DNA of 63,005 nucleotides, counting the filler, from Dimargaris cristalligena (taxonomy: Eukaryota), in NCBI GenBank assembly GCA_003614675.1. It is 4 parts of 4 records of this genome, joined end to end, with 100 filler letters (N's around TTAATTAATTAA, not from the genome) between each part and the next. Parts side by side here need not be neighbours in the genome. Positions count along the whole stretch, not along the records: positions 15,838 to 31,516 come from ML002878.1; positions 31,617 to 47,266 come from ML002879.1; 2 more parts are not named here. One strand, written 5' to 3'. The notes below the pieces were generated by a model, which ran no database searches, was not told the origin of the DNA, and saw nothing but the letters and a program-made list of their open reading frames with translations. The position numbers and the translations under genes are program-made. Of the stretch, positions 24,224-35,767 are shown one piece after another; position 1 is the stretch's first letter, and the number at the start of each line of letters is the position of its first letter.

Positions 24224-27200
24224 ATGGCTTCCCATGAAACGGGAACCTTTTCCCCCACCATCCGCGCCCGTAAAGCCAAAGGCTCGTCCGCTACCTTCGA
24301 CCAGACCCATCCCGGCGCCCAACGACAGACTCTGCGCGCCAAACTACCCTTTCATCTTCCTCAGGTATCTGGCGGTTCAGCTCCGGTTTCAGTTGCCTCC
24401 AGCCTAGACCTTCAGTCTAATCGTAACACCATCCCGGCTACCCCTCAAGCCAATGCCATCCACAACAGTAATAATAATAATACCCATGGCACTAGTAGTG
24501 GGAATGGCCCCCACTCGCAAGCCACCGTGTCAGCTGCGGCCCACACTCCCAGGAACCTCCCCAGCACCACCTTTCTAAGTGAACCAGGGCTGCGCCGGGT
24601 CGAAGCCAACGGGCCCACCTCCGGTTTACTCAACCACCGCTCCGGCCTTTCGGTCGTTGGTAACTCCAGCGTAAACAATCGCGAAAAATCCTCGCCCTCC
24701 CCCTCTACCCACTCTAACACCAAGGGCGGAAGCAGCAGCCAAACCGCCTTTTTGTTTGACCGTGGCCACCCCTTCCGTGTGCTGGACGGTCCAGCTGACT
24801 CGGCCACCGGTTACCCCCGGCGGCCCCCCACCACCAACCGGTCTACGTCGCTTAGCCAGGGTCATTCACTCAATCATCCCCTGGCCGCCTCCTCGATCCA
24901 CACCCCCAGTGCCCCCGCTCCGTCCGCAACTCCCTCCTCTTCCTCCTCCGCTACTACCACCAATATTACTACCACCACCAACACCGCCGCCCCTACGACG
25001 GCTACTACTACGTCGACCACCGCCCACTCCAATTCCTCCGGCTTCACCAACCGCACCCCATTTCGTGGCCCGTCCGGGTCTCTGGCCAACGGACTTACCG
25101 GCCCCACTCCCATTGGCCGGGAGGTCTCAGGGCTACGTTCGGGCAACCGGGAGGGTATGGCCCGACTTGGCCGTCTTAACCTGGATGCCACACAGTTCAC
25201 CTTGACGAATGCCCCCGCCACAGCTTCCTTGATCCATCTACCCTCCAACTCGCACCTACCCGCCTCAGCGGGGGGCGGCGTTCCCTCCGACCATCTTGCC
25301 GTGCCTCCTTCTGCACCCCCCTATGTTTTGGATCATGCCTCTATGGGGTTCAATGCAGGCCAGCCCGCCAAGTCGGCCGGACTACTCGATAGTTTCAGTA
25401 GCGCCTATCGCGATGCACCCCTGCATGAGGACTCCTCCCGCTACTTTGGGTCGACTACCCTGGCCACTGATAGCACCCGCCACCCCGCCGGCCCGGGCGA
25501 CCTTAAACTGGGCGGCCCTCGTACTTTCTCCGATGACTTCAATCCTGTCGAGTCCCTGGCTTTCCCCCGGCACCCCTCTCACCCCGGGTCAGGGTATCGA
25601 AACTCCGGGCCCGGCACCGACCCGGCGGAGCCGTACGGATTGCTGAATGAAAACATGCGCAGCATATCGCTATCCACCGATCGGTCAGGCCGCGAGCTTG
25701 TAGATTCCCCGCACCGCTCGGGTACATTTATACCACCTCAGTCAGAGGGCCCATCCGCCGAACTGACCGACGGTCAGGGCCTAGCGAGGGAAGGGCGCCT
25801 ATCCATAGCCTCCGTATCAGCTGCGGGGGACACTATTCCGCTTGACGACGCTCCCTCTGGCGAAGGCGGGCAATCCCGTATTGAGACTCAGCTTATACTG
25901 CGAGCGCTGGTGACTTCCAAAGAAGCGGGCGTGATTATTGGAAAGAACGGGACTAATGTCGCTCGTCTACGTCACTTATTCGGTGTTAAAGCCGGTGTTA
26001 GTAAAGCCGTGCCCAACGTACCCGAACGGATATTAACCGTCTCTGGGCCGCATGATATGGTGGCCCAGGCCTATGCCCTTATCGCCCAAGGTCTACTAGA
26101 AAATCCCATCACGGCCGCGGCGGCCATAACCGGGGTAGTGAACCCGTCTCCACTATCGACTCCCAATCATCCGGCCACTGCCCGATTTAACGGTTCGGGC
26201 TCGGGCAATATTCAAAACCACCTCACCACAGTCCGTATCCTCATCTCCCATAACCTTATGGGTACCATCATCGGCCGCCAAGGGCTAAAAATTAAACATA
26301 TTCAGGAGCTGTCCGGAGCCCGCATGGATGCCCAGAAAGAGATGCTGCCCCAGAGCACCGAGCGCGTAGTTGAAGTACAGGGCACCATCGAGGCCATCCG
26401 GATCGCTTTAACCGAAGTAGGCAAGTGTTTAATCGAAGATACGGAGCGGGGTATGGGCAGTGTTCTCTTTAACCCTGCCACCCGTGTTCCTTCCATTTCG
26501 TCCAACTGCAATCCCTATGTCATTCAAATTCGCGTGCCCCTTGGGAGTTCAGCCGATTCCGGGCCGGCGCCGGAGAGCCTAGCCAATGGGGGGGATTCCC
26601 ACCGCCGTGCCAGTAGTACCACCACTGTACTAGGGGATGGGCCTGGGTCGGAGAGAGCCGGTGGTTTGGGCCCCCAGGGAGATTCCCGGCCTTCGCCTTC
26701 CTTGAGTACGGGGGGGCATGGAGGAGACCCTTACTCTCGCGGTAACTACCCCGATACTGGTCGTCCAGGCTATGGACGACCTCCGCCGCCCCACGACGGC
26801 GGTTCGGCTGCCTATCCGGCTTCCCAACACCGTGGCTTGGGACAGTCCGCTCCTCTGGTGGCAAACTATTCCGACTCGGGTGAGGCCATGGACCCGAATC
26901 ATATGCCCCACATGGGCTCCTACGCCGGCGGCCCCATGTATTCCCCAGCCTATAGTGCACCCTCCGGCCCCTTGATGCCCCCCTACCAGGGCCCGCCGGG
27001 TGCCTACCCCGCACCAAATGGTCTTACTATGCACCCCGGGCATTTTACACACCCATCCGCCCAGCGGTACGGTTTCCCATTCGTCTTCCCCGGTAACGTC
27101 CCCGCCCCAATGTACCCTTCCTATTACCCCATGGCCTCATACCCCATGGCCGGCCCCCCGCCTCCCCATGCTTACGGTTATGCCTCGTACGGCCAACTCG

Positions 27201-27262
27201 GACCGGAAGCGGGTCCGAATTACCCGGGCAATGATGATGGCGAACCACACTCTTCCGGCTAG
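24224..27262 (+). CDS. KH-domain RNA-binding protein (Hek2/Pbp2/hnRNP K-like) with long disordered termini
   Basis: Two KH domains: EAGVIIGKNG and HNLMGTIIGRQGLKIKHIQ...MLPQSTERVVEVQG. Confidence 0.88.
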   Translation: MASHETGTFSPTIRARKAKGSSATFDQTHPGAQRQTLRAKLPFHLPQVSGGSAPVSVASSLDLQSNRNTIPATPQANAIHNSNNNNTHGTSSGNGPHSQATVSAAAHTPRNLPSTTFLSEPGLRRVEANGPTSGLLNHRSGLSVVGNSSVNNREKSSPSPSTHSNTKGGSSSQTAFLFDRGHPFRVLDGPADSATGYPRRPPTTNRSTSLSQGHSLNHPLAASSIHTPSAPAPSATPSSSSSATTTNITTTTNTAAPTTATTTSTTAHSNSSGFTNRTPFRGPSGSLANGLTGPTPIGREVSGLRSGNREGMARLGRLNLDATQFTLTNAPATASLIHLPSNSHLPASAGGGVPSDHLAVPPSAPPYVLDHASMGFNAGQPAKSAGLLDSFSSAYRDAPLHEDSSRYFGSTTLATDSTRHPAGPGDLKLGGPRTFSDDFNPVESLAFPRHPSHPGSGYRNSGPGTDPAEPYGLLNENMRSISLSTDRSGRELVDSPHRSGTFIPPQSEGPSAELTDGQGLAREGRLSIASVSAAGDTIPLDDAPSGEGGQSRIETQLILRALVTSKEAGVIIGKNGTNVARLRHLFGVKAGVSKAVPNVPERILTVSGPHDMVAQAYALIAQGLLENPITAAAAITGVVNPSPLSTPNHPATARFNGSGSGNIQNHLTTVRILISHNLMGTIIGRQGLKIKHIQELSGARMDAQKEMLPQSTERVVEVQGTIEAIRIALTEVGKCLIEDTERGMGSVLFNPATRVPSISSNCNPYVIQIRVPLGSSADSGPAPESLANGGDSHRRASSTTTVLGDGPGSERAGGLGPQGDSRPSPSLSTGGHGGDPYSRGNYPDTGRPGYGRPPPPHDGGSAAYPASQHRGLGQSAPLVANYSDSGEAMDPNHMPHMGSYAGGPMYSPAYSAPSGPLMPPYQGPPGAYPAPNGLTMHPGHFTHPSAQRYGFPFVFPGNVPAPMYPSYYPMASYPMAGPPPPHAYGYASYGQLGPEAGPNYPGNDDGEPHSSG

Positions 27263-28594
27263 TGCCTTCCTTGCGAATCTACCCAAACTGACATCGACTC
27301 TAAGTAGCTCCTGGTTTATGCCTGCGTCATTCGCCCCATTTCTACCTTCCCTTCGCCTCTTATATATAGTTACATAGATTGTCCGATTGCCGCTTTTTAT
27401 ATTACTTATTGTTTTACCCTTCGCTCTCTATTGACTCGTGTAGATTCCTCTCCCTCCGCTTTTCCAATTCTCCATTGAATACATTGATACCCGTGCCATT
27501 TGGATTCTGCCCTTTTCCACCACCTTTTATTCCATTCACATATTTATTCTTATTTCGAACCCCCTCCTCCCCCGTTTATTCTTCAATCTCATTAATAACT
27601 ATCCGTGCGTCCTCGCTATTATTTTTTAACTCTCATATCCGTATGAACTGATATCGCATCCTAATTCCACCTTCACCAAGGTTACCTTATTCATCTCATA
27701 ATTACGCGATCCTTGCTTCCAATTTTCGTTGATCAATTCCGTTTTTTCTTCCCTTCCTCTGTTCCCCACTCCCCAATTAATCATATTCTATTTCGTTTGG
27801 TTGAAATTCAAACCGCTAGCTATTTTCAACCGATAGTTTCTCATTTTCGATATCTTATAGAAATTAATTATTTTTGATCTTTTTGTGTTTGGTATTTCGT
27901 AAACGAGGTGGACGGGGCCAAGCGACCCATTGTGTCTATCCTCTAATGATATCTTCCTGTGCGTACACCTACTTTTCTTCATCTACTCGATATAATGATA
28001 GTCGATTCCAACTATGCTCATGTTTTTCTTTCTCCTGCTGTTGTTGATCGCTTGCTCTCGGTTCTTTAGAATTGCGTTTGCGGATTTTTTATCCAAGTCT
28101 TAATTACCTCGTATAGTAATGTTGCCTTTACTGAATCTACCCTTCCTCGATTAATATTCCGAACTCTAATTCGCCTCTTCTTAAATATATATATATATAT
28201 CCAAACTTACCTTAGTGGTTGATTTCAGCCTATTTTTCGTCTAATTGTTTTTGAGTAGCCCATCTTGCTTGACGTAGACCACCACTTGGTGCCACCTATT
28301 CTGCATGTCCCATTTCATCTCACGGTTATTAAAAATACACTAAACTGGACCCGCGCTGTAATATTTTGGAATGGAGATCTCATCATAGTTGGTGGGGATT
28401 TTAAATGTATTTTATATGCACCAATTTATTGGTTTTCTTACATTTGTAATATATATCGCCATTAGTATTATATACCATACGTTTGCTCTACTAGCTATCA
28501 TGTTATAGGCAGAGATTCATGAGGACGGAACGGATTTCTCAATTGCGAAATACGCACAATGGGCGAGGTGTACATTGTCAGCCAGACCATTGCT

Positions 28595-29518
28595 TCATAA
28601 TAGTAGTCGGATGTCTAGCCCAATTTCCTGAAAAATTTGACGGTAACGATAAAAATGGTCACGTATCTCGGTCATTTGGGTCTGTAGGGCACAATAAGAT
28701 AACAGGCACCGCGGTTTTGGAGTAGCTGACCCAAGCCTGGTTTCCATGACGCAGTAGGAGACTTCCATAACCAACGGGTATTGGGTCGCCGATGTGGGCA
28801 GCGAGCCAGGGTAATCCAGAACGGTTTGCAAAATGGCTTCGCTCACCGTACTATTCTGGGGGTCTAGTAGTGCTCGTTCGATAAGAGGCACCATGGGCCC
28901 ATCCAGATTGTAGCAAATATAGGTGAACTGGAGCTCCATTTCAGGCGAGGTCAATGGATGCAGAATTTGCGTCAAGCCGAGCCGTACCAGCGGTGGATTG
29001 GTGCCACCTGTGAGGCCCCGGGGCGTTTGATCGCCGGACGCAGTGAACGGTTCATTTTGGGGATATGGCACCAAGAGGGGGCCCAAAGCGGGGCGGACCA
29101 CCCGCTGGATAAAGTCATCCAGGACCACTTGTTTAACCCACGTGCGTGACTGAGCACCGCTTTGGGAATAATGAGGGTGATCGGCTAGCCAGTCAACGGT
29201 GACCAGCGATGCCACCGAGCCGGCAGTCCTAGGGCTGGGCCACCGGATATCGTCGTCCCGGCCAAACCAGAATAATACGCAGGGCTTGAGCCCGCGGAGC
29301 AGGGCCCAGACTTCGCCATAGTAGAGAACGTCCCGCAGACGGTGCCGGATATCCGCTGGTGCGAGACTGCCTAAAGGTTCGCCGGGCTCCGTCGCCAGGT
29401 AGGTCGCAAAGTCGTTTGAGAGAGTGTCTAACCAGGTCCATTCACGCTGCCGATAGTCCTTGAACGCCGGAACAACGGACTGGGGAGGCTGGGTGTTCCT
29501 CATGTCGCCTACATCCAT
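28595..29518 (-). CDS. Hypothetical protein (307 aa)
   Basis: Long ATG-started ORF with globular composition. No family recognised. Confidence 0.65.
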   Translation of the reverse strand: MDVGDMRNTQPPQSVVPAFKDYRQREWTWLDTLSNDFATYLATEPGEPLGSLAPADIRHRLRDVLYYGEVWALLRGLKPCVLFWFGRDDDIRWPSPRTAGSVASLVTVDWLADHPHYSQSGAQSRTWVKQVVLDDFIQRVVRPALGPLLVPYPQNEPFTASGDQTPRGLTGGTNPPLVRLGLTQILHPLTSPEMELQFTYICYNLDGPMVPLIERALLDPQNSTVSEAILQTVLDYPGSLPTSATQYPLVMEVSYCVMETRLGSATPKPRCLLSYCALQTQMTEIRDHFYRYRQIFQEIGLDIRLLL

Positions 29519-30626
29519 TAGGTGGGATGGGCCCTGGAAGAAAATAACCGAGTTGGAAGAGGCTGTCTTAGCAAGGAGTCAAGTAGGAGACAGGGTAGAC
29601 GGAACAAACGAATTCAGCCTGTAACCTCAACGCATCTTGAAAGGTCGCGAATCTCTTGAAAATGAGCTACTGCAACTAGGAAAGGCCTCCCCCACCCAAA
29701 GGCAAGAGGCCGATCCCCCCCCTCCACAGTGCATCCATCCCATCCAAGTGAGGAAAACCCAAGGAACTATGGAGTGGTCAACTCGACCCCCCCCTGCTGG
29801 AGGGGGACACCTCCCCCCTAATAGCACAAGAGCAATACCTCACCCCAGAGAAGTAAACTACACCGCCCCGAGCGGCCGACCCTTTGTTCCTTATCTTTCA
29901 AATAAATATCTATCCAATTTATAATTCTTATCTAGTTGTTCTTTGATCCCTCGTCCTACTCGACGGAATAGTTATTTCTTTACAGTTGCTTGGTCCTACT
30001 CGGCCATCCCGGTTACACTACAACTACCTACTTAAGCAAGCACAACACTTGGAACTATTGACGAGTTGCACGTGATTATCCAACCATCATTAAATGGGGC
30101 CTCATACTACCACTAATTAAGGCCAGTTCAGACTGAAATAGTCCCTACCCTATTCACCAAACCAATTTAGCACGATAGTTTACTATTTAATGGATTTAAA
30201 GTCATTTATCTCGGGCGACTAGTACCAGAATCAAAAAAATAACAACCGCACCAGTTTCTTTAGTGTAACCGGGTATTGTTTAATGACGTATCAAAGTAGA
30301 TGGCCAGCAACGGCCTAAGGTCCAGTGCCGGCCTACCCGGTGGCCCCCAGGCGATTTCTGCTATAAAACACTCTAAAACATTAGTTTATGAACATACATG
30401 CGACTAATGATTTGTAATTTGCGTGGTAGCCCTCATGTGATAAAAAGTAACACGAGTGTTCGGAAGGTGGAAATCATAGGGTAAAGGCAGTCTATGAAAT
30501 ATTGGGAGTGTCTAGAGAAAGAGAGATGGCGGGGGGGGGAGAAATATACCAATCAGAGAAACGATTATGGGTAAAGGGAGGAAAAACGGGCAGCTCATAG
30601 GTTCAATTACTATATTCACTGTCGGC

Positions 30627-31516
30627 TTAGCTTGACGATGTTGGAGGACGGGGGCCATCGTCGGACTCCGGGGCGGAAGAGTCCGCCGGGGGATCGGACT
30701 CCGCTGGTGAGTCAGTTGACGACTCCTTCCCGGGGGAAGGGGGGTGTTCACTAATTGGGCCGGGAACAGTAGGCTCCCGCAGAATGAATTCCTCGTACTG
30801 GGTCTTTTCGGGGAAAGGCCGCTTGCCGAGCATGTTGATCATATCCTCCCGGTTAATCACCTCCCGCTCCAAGAGCAGTTGGGCCACTTTTTCGACACAG
30901 TCCCGCTTTTCGGTCAAGAGGGCCAGGGTACGTTCGTAAGCACTGTTGATCATTTTGCGAACTTCTTGATCGATTATTTGGGCCGTATCCTCGGAGTAGG
31001 GCTTCTGGAAACGGGGGTTGGGGTCGGAGCGGTCTTCGAACGACACATTACCAATGCGGGCGTTCATTCCGTAGGCGGTCACCTGGGCATAGGCGTTCTT
31101 CGTCACCTTCTGCAGATCGTCGCCGGCACCGGTGGTGATGATACCAAAGAAGATCTGCTCAGCGGCACGGCCGGCCAGGGTCATGCACATACGATCATAC
31201 AAGTGCTCGGTCGAGTACAAGAACTGTTCTTGGGGCATGAACTGAGCATAACCGAGGGCTCCCGAGCCACGGGGGATAATGGACACCTTCAGCAGTGGTT
31301 CGGCATAGCGCAGGAACCAACCGGCGACGGCATGGCCAGCTTCGTGGTAGGCCACGGTACGCTTTTCGTCGGGCGAGAGCACCCGCGACTTCTTTTCCAA
31401 TCCACCCACCACGCGTTCGATAGCCAGCTCAAAGTGCTTTTCGCGCACCAAATCGTCGCGCATCCGCGCAGCAATGAGGGCCGCCTCGTTACACACGTTA
31501 GCGATATCACCATTGG
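30627..31516 (-). CDS. AFG3: Mitochondrial m-AAA protease (Afg3/Yta12, FtsH family), C-terminal part truncated by contig end
   Basis: [16 protein letters not shown] zinc motif, [28 protein letters not shown]. Yta10 versus Yta12 cannot be resolved. Confidence 0.9.
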
Positions 31517-31616
31517 NNNNNNNNNNNNNNNNNNNNNNNNNNNNNNNNNNNNNNNNNNNNTTAATTAATTAANNNNNNNNNNNNNNNNNNNNNNNNNNNN
31601 NNNNNNNNNNNNNNNN
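31517..31616. other. Artificial contig spacer
   Basis: N run with TTAATTAATTAA linker. Confidence 0.98.
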
Positions 31617-31880
31617 CCCTGATAAGGTTATCGGGCTATATTACCTTGTGGCATTAATTGCAACCACAACAGTGTGTTCTCAAATATTGGAATATTTCTT
31701 ATCATTAAGAATACGACCTGGTCGAATAAGTTTACAAGATTTAGTTGGGCTGAGAATATCCTTTCATTCAGCTATATTTCATCTAAAACAGTATATAATT
31801 CAATAGCCGATAAGGGTACTCTGGTCCAAAGCCTTTACATACAGTCACATTTTGAGGTCTTCAAAATTATACAAAAAAAA

Positions 31881-31998
31881 AGTTGTAGCATTGACTATTC
31901 CCAAGTGGTCACCCACCTTAGTACTAAATCAACTGATCGGGGCTTATCTTCGCAGATCTAACGGGATACGGGGCACATCCCGACATATGGCCACAACT
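31881..31998 (-). rRNA. 5S rRNA gene (type A), intact
   Basis: 118 nt, AGTTGTGGCCATA...GCTACAACT. Helix I pairs. Conserved CCGTATCCCGTTAGATCTGCGAAG and box C AGTACT-GGTGGGTGACCAC. Oligo-T terminator follows. Confidence 0.93.
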
Positions 31999-32099
31999 GA
32001 AAATGTTGTGGTAGGACCTGAGACCACGTAGTCAACCATAGTACTGTCTTTTAAATCACCTTCTATTTTCCTTTTATCAAGCGAAGTTGTGATTTATTA

Positions 32100-33300
32100 T
32101 TTTATAGCCTTGCAATATCATAGCAAGTGAGAGATACATCAAATACCACTTGTATTTATATTTAATATCACCATTAGCCAGATATATTTGTAAATCCCTC
32201 ATTATTAATCAATTCCAGCAGTAATATTACGTAAGTGGAATTTCAACCACATCCTAAGTATAAATACCTTCAGGAGTTGCAGCTCTTAATAAAATATCTC
32301 TTTTTTCATTCTTCTGAACTGTACTGGCAGTTTTGCCTACAGTTGTCTTAGTTATTTTGAAGGATAAACCCTTACTATTTCTTTAAAGTTTGGATAAGGC
32401 ATTCATGCCTATTATTGCTATTATAGCCATTCTGCCACACCACAACAAGAAGTTAAGTAATAGTGCATCCACATAAAATAACATTTTGAATATTAACAAA
32501 TTTTCAGTAAGAACCAGCAAAAGGATTGGGTTGCCTGAAGGTACAAAAATAAATGTCAAAGGGTAGGTTCACTAATTATTGAAAATTACCAATTGGGCTT
32601 GATGCTTTTTTATGAGCCACCACAGGTAGTTCTGGATTACTTGATGTTGATAGTTAGGAACCTAGGATTGTTGTGTGGCTACTGGGTAACTGGAGAGTCT
32701 TAGAGCAACATTGTACAGAGGGTCACCACAGGAAAGGGCCTGGGAGAGGAGGGTGGGTTCCCAGTTATCTGGGTATAGATAAAGGCATTAAGTTTTGGGA
32801 TTTGTGGTTCCTGAGGGGGGGGTATAGTAATACATACATAATTATTTAAAAACAGGAAGCATTGCCAAAAACCCATTAAATAATTGGCTAGAGGTTAGAA
32901 ATAATTTAGTCAACATTGCCCCGTAGTTTACCTACACTAGTATAACTTACCTGGGCTAAATTTTAGATCATCTCACTTTAGGGATCTAGGATGCCTACTT
33001 ATATTAGCAGGAAAGGCCCAATTCAATAGGTACACTATTTGCTACTTTATTAGGTTAATGCCTCCCATGCTAGTAACTATAGGGTAATACAATGGTGCAT
33101 ATAATTTGGATATGTTGGCTTCATCCAATATACCAAAGTGTCCCCTATCCAAACCCTTTGCCACACTCAAAACTATGGGCCAATCCATGGACTGTAGGAG
33201 ATTAAAACTGCAACAGTGAGAGAACCACTTTGATGGGGAAATACTATGGCATCACCAATGGTGTTAGAGTACTAACCAATAGAAATCCCACTATGGGAGA
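32100..33300. repeat. CpG-depleted decayed repeat/TE relic upstream of the 5S gene
   Basis: Almost no CpG over about 1 kb. Stop-interrupted ORF-like stretch on the minus strand at about 32560-32800. Confidence 0.4.
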
Positions 33301-33531
33301 TATATAGCGAATCAATAATTAATCAATAAAGGTTGGTCTTTTTCTTCTCTCTTAATTGATTTAATGCTAACAAATGGCTTCATTCCAAAAGCCAATTCCA
33401 TTCGGGCTTCCGGGTTTCCACTGTTGTTGATTTTGAGCATTCCAAATAGTTACTTTTCTCTTAAACTTCGAAACCTAAAATTGCCGCTTTGCGTCATTGT
33501 CAGTCCCGCATTGCTCCCCCTAAACTCGAAG

Positions 33532-34722
33532 ATGGCTACTACATCGCCCCAGTATAATGGTAAATAGCTTCAGACCGAATCGCAGAAGTGCATTTACCAG
33601 TAGACTTAGCTCCTAGCCATGTCCCTTTTCGGTCAAGCGGTTTGCGTGCTTAAGTCAATAGAGCTGCGTTGATATATATTGACCGTACCATTATTGTCCA
33701 ATGTACTAATGTGTCCGATTATGGAATGTTGAATTTTATAAATTTATACCAGCACTGACCCAGGCCATATTAGGGGATATTAACCAGGATGTCAGCCGCT
33801 CAATGGCGACTATTAAATTTCCCGACTTAAATACCCCAACCGTGTCCAACCAGCCCGTGAAGAGCGAGTCAACCCAAGACCAGGAGTCGCCCAGCGCGGC
33901 TAAAATCTTCGAGTTAAATGTCGTCGAAAAGGTAAGCTTTATACTTGACTCCCTTTTCCCATTAGAAATAATTAACTAATAATCTCGCGGCCTTTGGTCA
34001 TATAATTTTGATACAGGATTTGGGTGACATTTATTCGTACTTGTCTAATCGGCGTAAGTCCACTTATATTATCTAACCGGTGTCCTTTTGGCACCCACCT
34101 ATTGCTTCCTCCCCGCAATACGGCTACTAGAAAATCATACGGCTACTGCAAATCGCTAGCGAGACCCTAAACATGCTTGCTAGTGCCGATCACGAGGAGC
34201 TGTTGAACGACTCCAATTCCACTGCCTTTCTATCGGCCAACTCTGGTCTGAAGCAGTACGACGACAACACTAAGCAATATTTGCAATTACTTGATGTAAG
34301 TGTCTCTCATTCGTTGGGTGTTTGACTAAATGGTGGTAATAACTACATCTGAGTTAACTTTATGCGATGCGACAACGTCTATTTTAGACGAAAAAAAAAT
34401 AAAAATGGTCCTTCGGCATTACAACCTCGAATTTAGAAGAGGACTTGAGCCAATCTTCTATTAATTCGCCCTACCTAACTAATTAAATATGTGTGTGTGT
34501 CTATTCGTTTTTCACATTTCACCGTTCTCCACTGTGCGGAATCATTAGGAAATTCAATTGAGTATGCGTAAGCAGTATCACTATTTGACGTTGTCTGGCA
34601 CGGCTGGCTTTAACCTTCCTGTGCGGGTATCGGTCTACGACTTGGATAAAGTCTTGGATGCTCTCACCCGTGCTATCGGTCTCGTTCGCGCTGAATTGAC
34701 TGCGCTCAGTAATATGCAGTAG
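33532..34722 (+). CDS. MED11: Mediator subunit Med11; exons 33532-33559, 33753-33931, 34131-34295, 34549-34722
   Basis: Manually spliced protein ...AAKIFELNVVEK|KIIRLLQIASETLNML...KQYLQLLD|EIQLSMRKQYHYLT... matches the Med11 helical pattern. All junctions are GT-AG with branch points. Confidence 0.75.
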
Positions 34723-35767
34723 CGTGGTTAGGGCTGGAATGGGAGAGAATACCCGTTTGATTTAGGCCCTCGAAATAACCCGTGTATAATAAACACCATG
34801 TAATTTGCTGACCCGGCAAGTGCAGATTTCTTCCACACCCCATTGCCGCTATCCGGTTCTATTACCAAAGCTATAAGTGTGCATTGCGCTAAGGGGCGGT
34901 CTAATACTGCGTCGGCCGATTACTAGACATAGTGGCAACAATAGGCCGAGTGCCCATTGTTACGTTGGTCATGCTCGTCTACAACTGGGGCCGCCTTTCG
35001 AAAGACGGGTTGATTCTTAACCCACGGCAAACCCCTATTGTAGGACCATTCGTGGAGCCAGCATGACCCCCATTTCATTTGCAATACATTATATTTGCCC
35101 CTCAATAACTGCAATGGCTGAGCCGGTCAGGATACCTTCTGTCGTTGGGGAAGAAAAGGGGTATTGGTGGGTATTGATTTTGGAATCAGTTTCCTGGTTT
35201 GGTTTTAGGAATATTCACTATAATATACCTATGTAATATATCATTGAAATTGAATTGTAATGAGGTGTTCGCCCTTCCAAGTCAAAGGGGGGACACCGGG
35301 TCGGTAATTAGTTTCTGCCGCCCAGCCGACTGTAATATATAATAAGCCGTAATCTGGAACCTTTCCGCCTGCCATTTCCACCTCTTACACTGACGGGACA
35401 TATACCGCCGACCAGCCTGGTGTTCCGCCGGTCTCAGTTGGAGCTACGTAGATAAGTGGGAAAGTGGTGTTACATCACCAGTAAATATACCGCCCGTAGT
35501 GTTGTTGTTTCCCGGTTGTCCTGCGTTTGTTTTTGCCAGCTGCTTATTATCTTCTATCAAGTATACTTGGCATGGTCACGCCTTAAATTCGTATATCCAC
35601 CACCTATTCAATCGTGACTCATTCACTTACTCTTCTGTTTGTCTCTCACCTGTTCGACCATTGCTCGGTTCTATAATTCCTTCGAATTGGTTCTCCGTCG
35701 CCTTTGTCGACCCACCCTCCCCTACTCTTTACCCTATAACCCTCCGGCTCTAGCCCCACAGCCCATA

